Source: an uncultured Verrucomicrobiae bacterium (GTDB lineage: Bacteria; Verrucomicrobiota; Verrucomicrobiia; Chthoniobacterales; UBA10450). Taken from it: a DNA stretch of 64,000 bases. Shown here piece after piece: positions 33,349-43,381 of the stretch; the stretch's first letter is position 1; every line of letters begins with the position of its first letter. Made by a program: the position numbers and the translations under genes. The stretch is from positions 384,001 through 448,000 of the forward strand of contig CAVTMK010000003.1 of assembly GCA_963735805.1 (NCBI GenBank), in the 5' to 3' direction. The notes under the pieces are model-generated. The model was not told where the DNA came from. It did not search any database and was given only the letters and a program-made list of their open reading frames with translations.

Positions 33349-33738
33349 TCAATGAAAGCCGATCCTGGCGCGCTGCTTCTTTAACTCACTGCGTTTCCGC
33401 TTTGATTCGAGAATTTTCCTTTTGAGCGCAGCCGGTCTCCGCGATTTTCTTCGCCGGTCTTTTTCACGCTTCGCGATTTCAGCCATGTAGTGTTCTTTTC
33501 GAGCGCTCTCGATCGCCTCGAGCAGTCGTTCCCGCGCCAGCTTGCGATTTACCGCTTGCGAACGCGAATCTTGCACTGTCACGCTGATGCCACTTGGTCG
33601 ATGACGCAGTGTCACAGCGGTTGCAACTTTGTTTACGTTTTGACCGCCAGGTCCGCTGGATCGCGCAAAGGTTTCTTCAAGCTCGACGTCCCGAATGCCA
33701 AGGCGCCGCATTCGCTCGGCTAGCGCGTCTTTCGGCAT
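33349..33738 (-). CDS. ArfB/RF-1-domain peptidyl-tRNA hydrolase (ribosome rescue factor-like)
   Basis: [16 protein letters not shown], basic C-terminal tail. Confidence 0.88.
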   Translation of the reverse strand: MPKDALAERMRRLGIRDVELEETFARSSGPGGQNVNKVATAVTLRHRPSGISVTVQDSRSQAVNRKLARERLLEAIESARKEHYMAEIAKREKDRRRKSRRPAALKRKILESKRKRSELKKQRARIGFH

Positions 33739-33753
33739 TGCTTCCTCGTCCAA

Positions 33754-34338
33754 CTAATCCGTCTTCGGTCGCGGAACGTTTTCGCGCCCGTAACGAAGAA
33801 CGCGCACCATCCAGATCAATTCATTCAGAAATTTGTCGAGGCGCCTCACATAACTTTGATCGAGCAAAATTCCTTGGTCATCGAAGAGCTTTGTCACGTT
33901 TCCAAAATTTACGTCCCAAAAAATCGTTACCAGACCAAGCTCGCGCATGACCGGCAGCAACGCCTCGATCGCTCGTACACCACCAAACGAACCGGCTGAA
34001 ACGCCGCAGATTCCGACAGCCTTGTGAATGTATTCCTCCAGATTCATATCCAATGCGTGCTTCAAAAGTCCGGGATAACTATGATTGTATTCGGGAGTTA
34101 CAATGATGAGGCCGTCGCAGCGGTTAATGGTTGCCGAGAATTTTGCATCTTTCATTTGCTCGCCTGCGTCGTCGAGTTTCATAGGAAGCTTGCACACGTC
34201 GATCAGTTCGGTTTCGACATCTGCACGTTTCATTGTCTGCTCGAAGACAAAGCGCGCCACGTTCTCGCTCTGTCGCCCCCGCCGGGAAGTTCCCAGAATA
34301 ATCGGAATAAAGAGTGGGTGCTCGCTCCGAGTTGACAT
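33754..34338 (-). CDS. NAD(P)H-dependent FMN reductase
   Basis: GTSRRGRQS, TPEYNHSYPGLLKHALD. Confidence 0.9.
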   Translation of the reverse strand: MSTRSEHPLFIPIILGTSRRGRQSENVARFVFEQTMKRADVETELIDVCKLPMKLDDAGEQMKDAKFSATINRCDGLIIVTPEYNHSYPGLLKHALDMNLEEYIHKAVGICGVSAGSFGGVRAIEALLPVMRELGLVTIFWDVNFGNVTKLFDDQGILLDQSYVRRLDKFLNELIWMVRVLRYGRENVPRPKTD

Positions 34339-34483
34339 ATGAGTCTTACTGCGATCTTCAGTTTGCACTCCGCTATCGCCGATCCGCAATCCGCAATTCA
34401 AATCGACGGAGCTTTCTTCTATTCATCCGCAAGGATTAGGAACTTATACTGATGCAAATTGGACATTGCGTCTGGAAAGCCTC

Positions 34484-35515
34484 CTAGTCACGGCGTCTGC
34501 CCAATCCCCAATATGCCAGAAATGCTGTCAAGACTACCAGGGGACACACGACTAAAAAGAAGCCGTACCTCTCTTGGGCCAGTGGAATGCCACCTACATT
34601 CATGCCAAATAAGCCTGCCACCAGGTTAATTGGCAAGGCCAGCACAGTCACCATCGTCAACACGAACAGTGTACGATTCGTCTGTTCACTGACGAGGGCC
34701 GACAATTCTTCCTGAAGCTGTTTGACGCGTTCAACCAGGGCCGCTGCGTCGCTGATTGATGTGGAGAATTTCTCGGCCGATTGTTGCAGGTTCTGAAGCT
34801 CGTCTTCCGTAATCCAATTAGGCGGCTTATTAAGAAGGCGAAAGAACGCAGCCGGTTCCGGAGCCAAAAGCCGTTGGAGTCTAACCAACATCCGACGCAG
34901 CGCACCCAATTCGCTACGACTAACAGAAATGCGCTTGTCCAGGAGCTGCTGTTCCATTGGGCCCACCTGCTTTTTGGAGTTCCGCACAATGTCAACCAAC
35001 ACACTGGCCTGATCTCGAAACAAACGCGCCAGAATTTCAATCGGCGAGCGAAAGACCTGGCCTGACTGCACCGCTTCGCGGAGTTGGTCAATCGAGCGCC
35101 AAGGCCGAACGTGCGCGCTTACGACGAGGCGCGGCATTATGCAAAGGGTGGTAGTCGCAACCGGTGCGTCAAATGTGAAGTCATAAAGCACATCATGAAT
35201 ACGCGCCACCATTGCGTCTCCGTCCTGCTCCAAATGAGTGGCGTCTATGTCGCTATTTAACGATTCGTAGAAGGTGTCGGGCATGGTTAGGTACCGTCGT
35301 AGCCAGGACTCAGAAGCCACATTAGAAAGCGAAAAGTGCAACCAGAGGAATTCGTTCGGTGGACCGGAACCGTGCGCGGTCAAAAACTTAACCGCCTCCT
35401 CCGAATTGATTGACCGTGCTGGTTGGTTGGGGACAAAGTCATAGCCCCAGATCGGGCCGCCCTGGTTTGGGCCAGACGTCGAATCGATATTTTGGCTCAT
35501 TGTTAGAGCAGCCAT
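34484..35515 (-). CDS. CorA/ZntB family divalent cation transporter
   Basis: WLHF, GMN motif (GLFGMNVGGIP), two C-terminal TM helices. Confidence 0.9.
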   Translation of the reverse strand: MAALTMSQNIDSTSGPNQGGPIWGYDFVPNQPARSINSEEAVKFLTAHGSGPPNEFLWLHFSLSNVASESWLRRYLTMPDTFYESLNSDIDATHLEQDGDAMVARIHDVLYDFTFDAPVATTTLCIMPRLVVSAHVRPWRSIDQLREAVQSGQVFRSPIEILARLFRDQASVLVDIVRNSKKQVGPMEQQLLDKRISVSRSELGALRRMLVRLQRLLAPEPAAFFRLLNKPPNWITEDELQNLQQSAEKFSTSISDAAALVERVKQLQEELSALVSEQTNRTLFVLTMVTVLALPINLVAGLFGMNVGGIPLAQERYGFFLVVCPLVVLTAFLAYWGLGRRRD

Positions 35516-35529
35516 CAGATCATTGGTCG

Positions 35530-35552
35530 GCGATTTTACCTAGCAAAATCGC
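35530..35552. terminator. Hairpin just downstream of the tRNA-Leu 3' end (possible terminator)
   Basis: GCGATTTT-N7-AAAATCGC perfect 8-bp inverted repeat. Confidence 0.4.
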
Positions 35553-35560
35553 ATTTTAGA

Positions 35561-35650
35561 TGGTGCCGATGGCCGGACTCGAACCGGCACGGGCCTTTTA
35601 CGGCCCAACGGATTTTAAGTCCGTTGCGTCTGCCATTTCGCCACATCGGC
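35561..35650 (-). tRNA. tRNA-Leu(TAA)
   Basis: Reverse complement GCCGATG...ACGGA-CTTAAAA-TCCGT, long variable arm, GGTTCGAGTCC, ends ACCA. Confidence 0.95.
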
Positions 35651-36031
35651 GTTTCCTGAAGTTTAAGCATTTTATTTCGGCAGCGAAAACAGATTTCGTG
35701 AAGGAGCAGGCACCGTGGGAGCGGTTTGAAATACCAAAATCTAAATCCTTTGCGCATCGATAAATAAGGGAAGACGTATCAGACTAACCACTGCGATTGG
35801 GGCTTATAAGGTGAGACCTTACCTGCAACTTAGGTCGTGCCTGACTAGACAAGTTGGGACCGTTTTCAGTAAAAAAAACTCCCATCGAAGGAAGATCTGA
35901 ATCAGGCAAAGAGCATTTTTTCCCGTTAAGACGGCAAAAAATTAATTCAGCTGGAACAAGAAAATATGAAATGCCTCCACGCGTGGTTCTCAATCGCTAG
36001 TTAAGCCACTGAGACAAAGAGGAAATAGTTC

Positions 36032-38389
36032 ATGAAGCTATTTAAATTAAAAGGAGATGGTTTAACGACACAGAAATTCAATGGATACGTTTTGCTTAAT
36101 GTTGTGTCGGTGCTCGCGTACCTCTTTTGTCCATGCGTCGGGCGCGCCAATCCGTGCGCGTCACCGCCGCCACCGCGGTTCCTACCTGGACAGGTTGCTC
36201 ATTACCCCAACGGCGCGGACATCATCACCTGCACCGAGTCGCCACCCGGCCACGAAATGTGGAAGATCGATTATCCTTCGGTCGATCGCAGTCTCACCGA
36301 TTATCCCGCCATCATGTTTAATCCTGGCGATGTTGTTACATTAGACGCAGGCGGTTGCGTGCAAAGCGGTGGGTTCGGCCCGACGTGGAAACGCTATGTG
36401 AATCCCGACGACGGCAGCGGCCATCTCGATTCACAATATTACGGCACGGTGCAGATTGTCGGCGTCACCGGCGACAACAACCCCGAATCGATCCTGCACT
36501 GGATCGGTCCGTCTTTCATCATTCCGCAAGAGGAACATCTCGCGCTCGGCTACGTCGACGATGGCGGTATAGGCGACAACGGCTACTGGAATCCTGACAA
36601 CGGCATCAACAACCAGTGCGTTAACGACAACAAAACAACGATCTTCATCATCATCGACCGTCATGCGGCTCATCTCGAAGATTGCAAGAAAGCCGTTAGC
36701 TTCACTAACACGCCGGTAGCGCCGCCGGTCCCGGAAATCGAGCGGGTCGCGGAACTGTTAACTGACGCCGCGGAAGTTCCCGTCGGTTTGCCAATAACGA
36801 AAGATGCGCAGGGCACCGGCATAAAACATTTCCAACTCTTCCAGGATGGGCATCGCGGAGAACGCACCACGAAAAGCAATCGCCCTCTGAACTCTGCCGA
36901 AATGCACAACGACGGCTGCATCTACTTTGCCTTTACGCCCACCACCGCGCCGCTCTGGTATCCAGCCGATCTCGCCTTCGACAGCGCCCCGCAAAAAAAT
37001 TGGCAGGCCCGGCCGTGGGATTTGCCGCGCGCGCAAATTGGTTTTTTTGACTTGGAGGCACTCAATCGCGATGCCACCAAATGGCTTCCCACATTCCTTC
37101 CCGGCTACTGTTCCGGCGCGGGAAATTCCTGGCGAGCAAGCGCGCCTCGTTGGATCGGCGTCTGCACGCCGTCTCGCGTTCCGCCCGGTCAATGGACACC
37201 GTCGAACCTGACCAATTTCCCGCTCCCTGATCAACCGGACTCCGAAATCGCACAATCCGGCGCTGTCTGCGATTGGCATATAAAGCACGAGCCTTCCATT
37301 TCCGACGGATGTGTCGACTTCGACATGGCCGAATGGAACCCGGTCCAAAACAGGAATTTTCTGAACGCTGAAGGAACTGTCAGCAACTCTTTCCTTTCCG
37401 GCGGCGATTACAGCGGCGACCACAACGGGATGCCCGATGGCCATTACATGGGCGTGCACACCGATGTCATGACGCACAACGAAGCCGTCCAAAATTGCCC
37501 CGACCTTTCTACCGCGGATCAGGGCCAGCTCTGCGCCGATTGGGAACTTAATGTCGTGACCGATCCAAACTACCGGCACCTGCTGGCGCGCGATGAATCA
37601 ACCCTGAACGATCGCGACGGCGGCGACTGTCAGTCGAAACACGCCAGTGAGTATCGGAAAGGCAACCAGGTAATAGATCTTGGCGGCGCGCTCGGGGTGG
37701 AAGGTGAACAATGGTACTATCCTGTCGGCTATCGACCCGAAGCCGGCGATCGCATCCTGGTACGCGGACAATGGATCATCGATTGTGGCCATCCGGACTG
37801 GCATGCCGAACTTCATCCCGCCAGTCTGCTCGCTAGCTCTTATCTACAATACAGCGACTTTGCACCTACCCTTGGATCGACCTGGAACCGGCCACTACGT
37901 CTCACATCGAACTGGCGCGCCCTGACGGGAGGTATCCCGGCGGTCGTGACGAAGATTGTCGCGTCGCCGGTATTCGCCGAGAGCTCGCTGGAAGTCGACG
38001 TCTGGCCCCCGGCGCGCCCAAGCGCTTGCGCGCGTCTGGTCATTGCACGAGAAAACGAGACACCGAACCCTCGCTGGTCGGGGGTGCAGTTCACTGAGAA
38101 TCTCTTACCGGCGGACGGAAACCCCAACCATCTGCACCTGACGATCACACGGACGCCGTTCAATTTGGACTTCGGCGGTGACGGCGACGTGCAGAACCCC
38201 GATTCCCACCTGACCTTCTTCACCGCCTATATGGCATGGTGGGCCGATTCGGCTGCGTGCGTGTCGTGCAAGGGCGGAAAGGACGGCAAACAGTCCTGGG
38301 AGACACTTCTTTCCGCCATCTTATTCTTCGCGTCGTTGGTAGTCGCAGTAACGATTTGGAAGGCGATCCGTGGAAAGGCATCGCAGTAG
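36032..38389 (+). CDS. Large Cys-rich exported protein with C-terminal membrane anchor, unknown function
   Basis: Hydrophobic N-region, many Cys/Trp, WIIDCGH..W.AELHP motif, C-terminal TM + basic tail. Confidence 0.75.
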   Translation: MKLFKLKGDGLTTQKFNGYVLLNVVSVLAYLFCPCVGRANPCASPPPPRFLPGQVAHYPNGADIITCTESPPGHEMWKIDYPSVDRSLTDYPAIMFNPGDVVTLDAGGCVQSGGFGPTWKRYVNPDDGSGHLDSQYYGTVQIVGVTGDNNPESILHWIGPSFIIPQEEHLALGYVDDGGIGDNGYWNPDNGINNQCVNDNKTTIFIIIDRHAAHLEDCKKAVSFTNTPVAPPVPEIERVAELLTDAAEVPVGLPITKDAQGTGIKHFQLFQDGHRGERTTKSNRPLNSAEMHNDGCIYFAFTPTTAPLWYPADLAFDSAPQKNWQARPWDLPRAQIGFFDLEALNRDATKWLPTFLPGYCSGAGNSWRASAPRWIGVCTPSRVPPGQWTPSNLTNFPLPDQPDSEIAQSGAVCDWHIKHEPSISDGCVDFDMAEWNPVQNRNFLNAEGTVSNSFLSGGDYSGDHNGMPDGHYMGVHTDVMTHNEAVQNCPDLSTADQGQLCADWELNVVTDPNYRHLLARDESTLNDRDGGDCQSKHASEYRKGNQVIDLGGALGVEGEQWYYPVGYRPEAGDRILVRGQWIIDCGHPDWHAELHPASLLASSYLQYSDFAPTLGSTWNRPLRLTSNWRALTGGIPAVVTKIVASPVFAESSLEVDVWPPARPSACARLVIARENETPNPRWSGVQFTENLLPADGNPNHLHLTITRTPFNLDFGGDGDVQNPDSHLTFFTAYMAWWADSAACVSCKGGKDGKQSWETLLSAILFFASLVVAVTIWKAIRGKASQ

Positions 38390-38559
38390 CGGGTTGACGC
38401 TCAGTCGCGATCCCGGCAAACCTGGAAAGAAGTCTTGAACTTCGGTCGCCAAATCTTGTAAAAAGCTCAAAACGCGGTCAGTGACCAGCCCACTGTCTGC
38501 AGTAACCAGATGACAATCCTTAGGTTGCGCGTTCCAACTCAACTCTCAAGTCGTGAACA

Positions 38560-39375
38560 ATGAAAAGAACAACAAGAAAAAATAGCAGTTTCGGGTTCGG
38601 ATGGATGCCGGACCTTCCTGATAACCGTGATCATCTTTACTCGGCGCCGCTCGCGAAGCTACGCGTCCTACCGACGAAGGCCGATCTGCGCAGACAATGC
38701 CCGAAAGTTTATAATCAGGGGCAAATTGGTTCCTGCACCGCAAACGCAATCGCCGCAGCGATCGAGTTCGATCGCAAGAAGCAAAAACTGCGGGATTTCA
38801 TCCCATCGCGTCTCTTTATCTACTATAATGAACGAAGCATGGAGCACAGCGTGCCGCTCGACAATGGCGCCCAGATTCGCGACGGAATAAAGAGTGTCAA
38901 CAAGCAGGGGGCTTGTCCGGAGACTGAGTGGTCATACGACGATACTCCGGCGGACCCGAACACAAACCTGTGGCCTGCCGGCGCCAAGCCGAGACAGAAA
39001 CCGCCACCCTCTTGCTATAAAGATGCAAAGAAATTCCGAGCGGTGGGTTATCAGCGGGTTGACCGCATGCTTTCACAGATGAAGGGCTGTCTGGCGGATG
39101 GCTTTCCATTCGTGTTTGGCTTCACCGTGTACGAGAGTTTCGAGAGCGCGGAAGTCGCCAGGACAGGGGTCCTGCAAATGCCGAAGCCTAAAGAAGGAGT
39201 AGTCGGCGGTCACGCAGTCGTTGCGGTCGGATACGACGATAAGATCGAACGCTTTATGGTCCGTAATTCATGGGGCACTAGCTGGGGAAAGAGAGGCTAT
39301 TTTACCATGCCCTATACCTATTTGCTCAGCGAGAACCTTTCGGATGACTTTTGGACGATTCGCCTGGTGCATTAA
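38560..39375 (+). CDS. C1 (papain-like) cysteine peptidase
   Basis: QGQIGSCTAN, GGHAV, RNSWG catalytic motifs; no signal peptide. Confidence 0.93.
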   Translation: MKRTTRKNSSFGFGWMPDLPDNRDHLYSAPLAKLRVLPTKADLRRQCPKVYNQGQIGSCTANAIAAAIEFDRKKQKLRDFIPSRLFIYYNERSMEHSVPLDNGAQIRDGIKSVNKQGACPETEWSYDDTPADPNTNLWPAGAKPRQKPPPSCYKDAKKFRAVGYQRVDRMLSQMKGCLADGFPFVFGFTVYESFESAEVARTGVLQMPKPKEGVVGGHAVVAVGYDDKIERFMVRNSWGTSWGKRGYFTMPYTYLLSENLSDDFWTIRLVH

Positions 39376-39396
39376 CCGATTAACCTTTTTAACAAC

Positions 39397-40398
39397 ATGC
39401 CAAAGTACTGGATGATAAATAGCCGGAGCCAAGGGGGCGTTGGACCTGACGTTAGCACCGATGGTATGACCTATTGGGTTAGTGATAAGCAGGGGCTCAA
39501 TGACATTAAGAACTGGCGGAAAGTTACGGCCGCCAACTTTCAGAAGCTACTGGTGGCCACATCGGACAAGTTTCCCAAGTATGATCAGGCGGAGAACGAG
39601 AAACAAAGCCATGTCACAATTCTCGTTCATGGTTACAACCAAACGTTTGCAAAGGCTGCAGCGTTTTATGAGAAGCTTTGTAGCAGCCTTTTTGACGGTC
39701 CGGACAGTCTCGGGCTCTGCATCCTGTATGACTGGCCATCACGCGGCAGCCTGCTGGGCTATGAGCCTGATCGCTCGCATGCGCGATTGTGTGCTCAGGA
39801 CTTAACAGACGTGTTAAGCGCGCTGTTCGATTGGCTGACCAAGAAACAACAGCAAACCATAGACAATCCTGCCAAAGCTTGTAAAGCGAAGGTGTCTCTA
39901 ATCTCGCACAGCATGGGAAACTATGTCGTCCAGAAAGCGATGGCAGCGGCGTGGACCCGTAAAAATCAGCCACTACTAGTTAGTCTTATCAATCAACTGC
40001 TAATGGTCGCGGCCGATGTTGACAGCGATTTATTCGATCAGGGCGCTCCTGATAACAACGATGGCAATGCTGTGGCTAATCTCACCTACCGAATCACAGC
40101 GCTCTACAGCGGACGTGACACCGTTTTGGGCGCATCTGCCGGTCTGAAGCATTTCGGCATGCGTCGCCTTGGTCGCACCGGTCTTCCTCATCATCCGCCT
40201 TTGGCGGATCCATCCTCACCGACGGACAATGTCTGGGACGTAGATTGTTCGAGTTTTTTCAAGTCGGACGTCGGAGATATCCATGGCGCGTATTTTCTAA
40301 CAGACGGCACCATTGATCTAATGCGCCATATATTGCGCGGACTCGACCGCGGCGTTCTGGAGACCCTTGGATACACCAAAGGCACGGCTTGGCCGTAA
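39397..40398 (+). CDS. DUF900-type alpha/beta hydrolase
   Basis: VHGYN, YDWPS, SHSMGN nucleophile elbow, AADVD, H..YF. Confidence 0.85.
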   Translation: MPKYWMINSRSQGGVGPDVSTDGMTYWVSDKQGLNDIKNWRKVTAANFQKLLVATSDKFPKYDQAENEKQSHVTILVHGYNQTFAKAAAFYEKLCSSLFDGPDSLGLCILYDWPSRGSLLGYEPDRSHARLCAQDLTDVLSALFDWLTKKQQQTIDNPAKACKAKVSLISHSMGNYVVQKAMAAAWTRKNQPLLVSLINQLLMVAADVDSDLFDQGAPDNNDGNAVANLTYRITALYSGRDTVLGASAGLKHFGMRRLGRTGLPHHPPLADPSSPTDNVWDVDCSSFFKSDVGDIHGAYFLTDGTIDLMRHILRGLDRGVLETLGYTKGTAWP

Positions 40399-40412
40399 GC
40401 ACGTAAAGGCGA

Positions 40413-41519
40413 ATGCCTCCGCGCAAACGTAAGCCCAAGTCGGGCAAACCAGCTACAAAGCGTTCGCGGCAAAAGCCGCGTAAGACGGCGAAGTCTTCGT
40501 CTCGAAAACCGCGAGTAACAAAGGCCGTCGCGGTGCGGCCGTTGCCGGCGGAGCCGGAGGAAATTCTTTTTCGTGTGGAAGGCAAGATGTCCACCTTTGG
40601 CGGACCGCATGATCTCGGGATGGCCGCGAACGAAGACCTCGCCCTCTTCACCAAAGCCGATCTTCAAAATCCGAGATACGCATATTTGTTTCTGCCAGCT
40701 CCGCCTCCCGGAACAAGCGGCCTTGGGCGCCGACTTAACCCCGATCGATATTATTTCGCCTGTCGCTGGAATTATTCCGAGACACCAAAGGAATTCTTGC
40801 GCCGCGCCCTTGCGCGCGTGGAAAATCCGGCGAATGGCCGCGCGGTTGATGCGCGCCCGGTTGATTGGGGGCCGAACGTTTCGACCGGTCGTGTTGCAGA
40901 CTTATCGCCAGGACTGGCAGTGGCTCTCGGCTTAGACACAGATGATATTGTTAGGATAACAATCTCAGCGCGCCGAGCCATTCCGGTAGAACCCTCTCTC
41001 AAGGTGAGTCGAGCTGGACATGGAAGTAGTAATCCGCACGCCAAACCAGTAATCAAACAGTTCATAAAAAGCCCGAATTGCTCTTGTCGTAATGGCGTAA
41101 GCATCGACAAGATTGTTTTACACTGCACTGAAGGGTCGCTTGCAAGCGCCGTGGCGGAGTTTCAAAAATCTGACGGTCGGCAGGTCTCAGCGCATTACGT
41201 CATCGATCGAAACGGCGACATCTATCAGATGGTGAGCGACAGCGATCGTTCGAATCATTGTATGGGTGCAAACCAAAACTCGATCGGCATCGAACACGTT
41301 GGCAGTGAAACGGATTCGCTCACGGCCCCGCAGGCTGTCGCTTCCGCCGCGCTCATTCGCTGGTTGCTTGAGCAGTATCACATTCCGCGGACGAACATCT
41401 TTGGCCACGATTTCGCACCAGGCTACTGTCGCCCGGGTGGAACAAGCTGTCCGGATAAACTCTTTGGCCAGGTGCATAGCCAAAGCACGATCGCCGCTTG
41501 GGTAGAAGCAAACGTGTGA
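40413..41519 (+). CDS. N-acetylmuramoyl-L-alanine amidase (Amidase_2) with upstream DPBB/RlpA-like domain and Lys/Arg-rich N-tail
   Basis: IVLHCTEG, SAHYVIDRNG, SIGIEH, GH..., SCP; middle domain DWGP...RVADLSP. Confidence 0.88.
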   Translation: MPPRKRKPKSGKPATKRSRQKPRKTAKSSSRKPRVTKAVAVRPLPAEPEEILFRVEGKMSTFGGPHDLGMAANEDLALFTKADLQNPRYAYLFLPAPPPGTSGLGRRLNPDRYYFACRWNYSETPKEFLRRALARVENPANGRAVDARPVDWGPNVSTGRVADLSPGLAVALGLDTDDIVRITISARRAIPVEPSLKVSRAGHGSSNPHAKPVIKQFIKSPNCSCRNGVSIDKIVLHCTEGSLASAVAEFQKSDGRQVSAHYVIDRNGDIYQMVSDSDRSNHCMGANQNSIGIEHVGSETDSLTAPQAVASAALIRWLLEQYHIPRTNIFGHDFAPGYCRPGGTSCPDKLFGQVHSQSTIAAWVEANV

Positions 41520-41738
41520 ATGGCGAAAATCCCGAAGCTGGCTCCTGGCAGGAAATTATCTCAAAGATAGTTTGAAGCGGCTCCCCACGGACTGATGGCA
41601 GCCCGGCTCCAGCAATATGACTCGACAACGACAAATGGATGGCCGCACCCCGTTTTTCGGAGCTATCAGAAGGTGATTGCTTTCCTTTCAGCAAGTTCCT
41701 AGAATCGGCGTTCACCTGTAAAACGAAAGGAATCGCTT

Positions 41739-42278
41739 ATGCGTTTATCAATCTGTCTTGCAATTAGTGTCTTTGTCATCGCTTGTGCTCAACAACCGCC
41801 CACTCCGGGTCCCACACCTCCCCACTCAGTCAATTGCCCAGGCATGACATCGCCAGACCAGCAGCTTCGAGCTTGCATGTTATCTGTTGGAACTCATCCC
41901 AACCCTCCGTTCAACGAATCGCGAGTCGAGATCCGCAAGATGGACGGCACGGTGCTGGCGACAAAAGACTTCAAGTCCCCGGATGGCGAGCACGGCCGCA
42001 ACGTTCAGAAGATGGAATGGTCACCTGACTCGCAGTTCTTCGTTTTTAGCACGGCAAGTAGCGGTGGACATTCGCCCTGGCATTGGCAGACTTACTTCTA
42101 CGATCGCAACCGAAAAACATTCAAAGAAGTGGACGACTTCACAGGCCCTGTTATCAAGCGAAACTTCAAATTGACTGCTCCCGATTGGATCGAAGTCCAG
42201 GTGCAAGGGACCCCTAGTGATCCACAGGACATTACGACTGGGCACTCGGTCAAGCGACGCCTGAGCACGATGCATTAA
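41739..42278 (+). CDS. Hypothetical lipoprotein
   Basis: VIAC lipobox, Pro linker, WSPDSQFFVFS beta-rich segment. Confidence 0.75.
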   Translation: MRLSICLAISVFVIACAQQPPTPGPTPPHSVNCPGMTSPDQQLRACMLSVGTHPNPPFNESRVEIRKMDGTVLATKDFKSPDGEHGRNVQKMEWSPDSQFFVFSTASSGGHSPWHWQTYFYDRNRKTFKEVDDFTGPVIKRNFKLTAPDWIEVQVQGTPSDPQDITTGHSVKRRLSTMH

Positions 42279-42321
42279 CAAATTTCAAAGTCACTCGGAC
42301 GAAACAGCCATCTAACAAACC

Positions 42322-43296
42322 ATGCCAAAGAAAAAACGCCCTGTGAAACGCGGCAAGAAAACGCGCGCAAGAATTTCCCGAAAAACAAAGCCAAAGAAGC
42401 CACGTCGCGCAAAAACGACTCTGAAAGACCTAATAGCTCGTGCAAAGAAGCTTGAGGCGTTGGACGCAGGAAAGCCTACCTTCCAAGTCCTGCCGCGAGC
42501 TTTGACAGTTGCGCCTGTCAATGTCCGCACTGCTCCGCCACCAGTGATTACCGGCTCTGTCGGTCGTTGGGAAAAAGGCGCGCGCAATCTTCAAGCGGAT
42601 GTGGAAACTGTGCAGCGCCTCCTGGAAGCGGCGGCACAAAAGTTACGAGCTCCTGACCTTGACCCGAAGGGTGTTGACGGAAAGATTGCGCGGCAGCCTG
42701 CGAAGTCGAATACCGTGGCTGCGATCGAAGCTTTTCAAAAGCGTTCCAATATTTCGATTGATGGACTAATTGAACCAGGCGGGCAGACGTGGCAGGCACT
42801 CCTGCAAGCCGCTGGCGGCACCAATCCTTTACGAAACGACAATTTTCCTGATACATACATACAGAAAATTTCGGTAAACTTGGATGATCCGGATCATTGG
42901 CTCACTCTCACCTGGACTGGACCTAACGCTGACAGCCAGGAAACGGGACCATTTAAAACATCACCAGGTGCCGGTTTAAGAGGGCTTAATTGTGATGATG
43001 AGACTACGAGTCGGAGATCAGGCTCGAAATGCACGCCGAAGGGAACCTATCCCGTGCAAGGCTTCCAGCGAAGGCTTAACAGTGACTCGCGCGCTACATA
43101 CGTTACATGGTTCATGCAACGCCGAGGCGTCGCATTGCATTATTTCCCAATTGTTCCTGATTATGCAGCCTCTCATGGCTGTGTGCGGATCGAATCGGAA
43201 GATGTCGCCCGACTTATCCAGAACAACTCATTGGTGGACGAGACCCAAGTCGTTGTAAATGGAACTTGGACAAAGCCGCCAAAGCAATGGAGCTAG
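42322..43296 (+). CDS. L,D-transpeptidase (YkuD) family protein with PG-binding-like module and basic N-tail
   Basis: TPKGTY, ALH...ASHGCVRI catalytic motif; carries the shared 84-aa module. Confidence 0.88.
   Translation: MPKKKRPVKRGKKTRARISRKTKPKKPRRAKTTLKDLIARAKKLEALDAGKPTFQVLPRALTVAPVNVRTAPPPVITGSVGRWEKGARNLQADVETVQRLLEAAAQKLRAPDLDPKGVDGKIARQPAKSNTVAAIEAFQKRSNISIDGLIEPGGQTWQALLQAAGGTNPLRNDNFPDTYIQKISVNLDDPDHWLTLTWTGPNADSQETGPFKTSPGAGLRGLNCDDETTSRRSGSKCTPKGTYPVQGFQRRLNSDSRATYVTWFMQRRGVALHYFPIVPDYAASHGCVRIESEDVARLIQNNSLVDETQVVVNGTWTKPPKQWS
42556..42807 (+). repeat. Shared 84-aa module, copy 1
   Basis: SVGRWEKGARNL...VDGKI...AIEAFQ...DGLIEP...ALLQ. Confidence 0.9.
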
Positions 43297-43381
43297 ACCT
43301 TTGTTTCTAAGCCTGTAGGAACTGACTCTGACCTAGAGTAGGATACATTAGGTCCTATCGACGGACCGACAGCAGGTTCAG

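Noticed and set aside
41520..41738. Possible riboswitch (actgatggcagcc segment)
   Set aside because: Could not assemble the conserved core of the fluoride or SAM riboswitch
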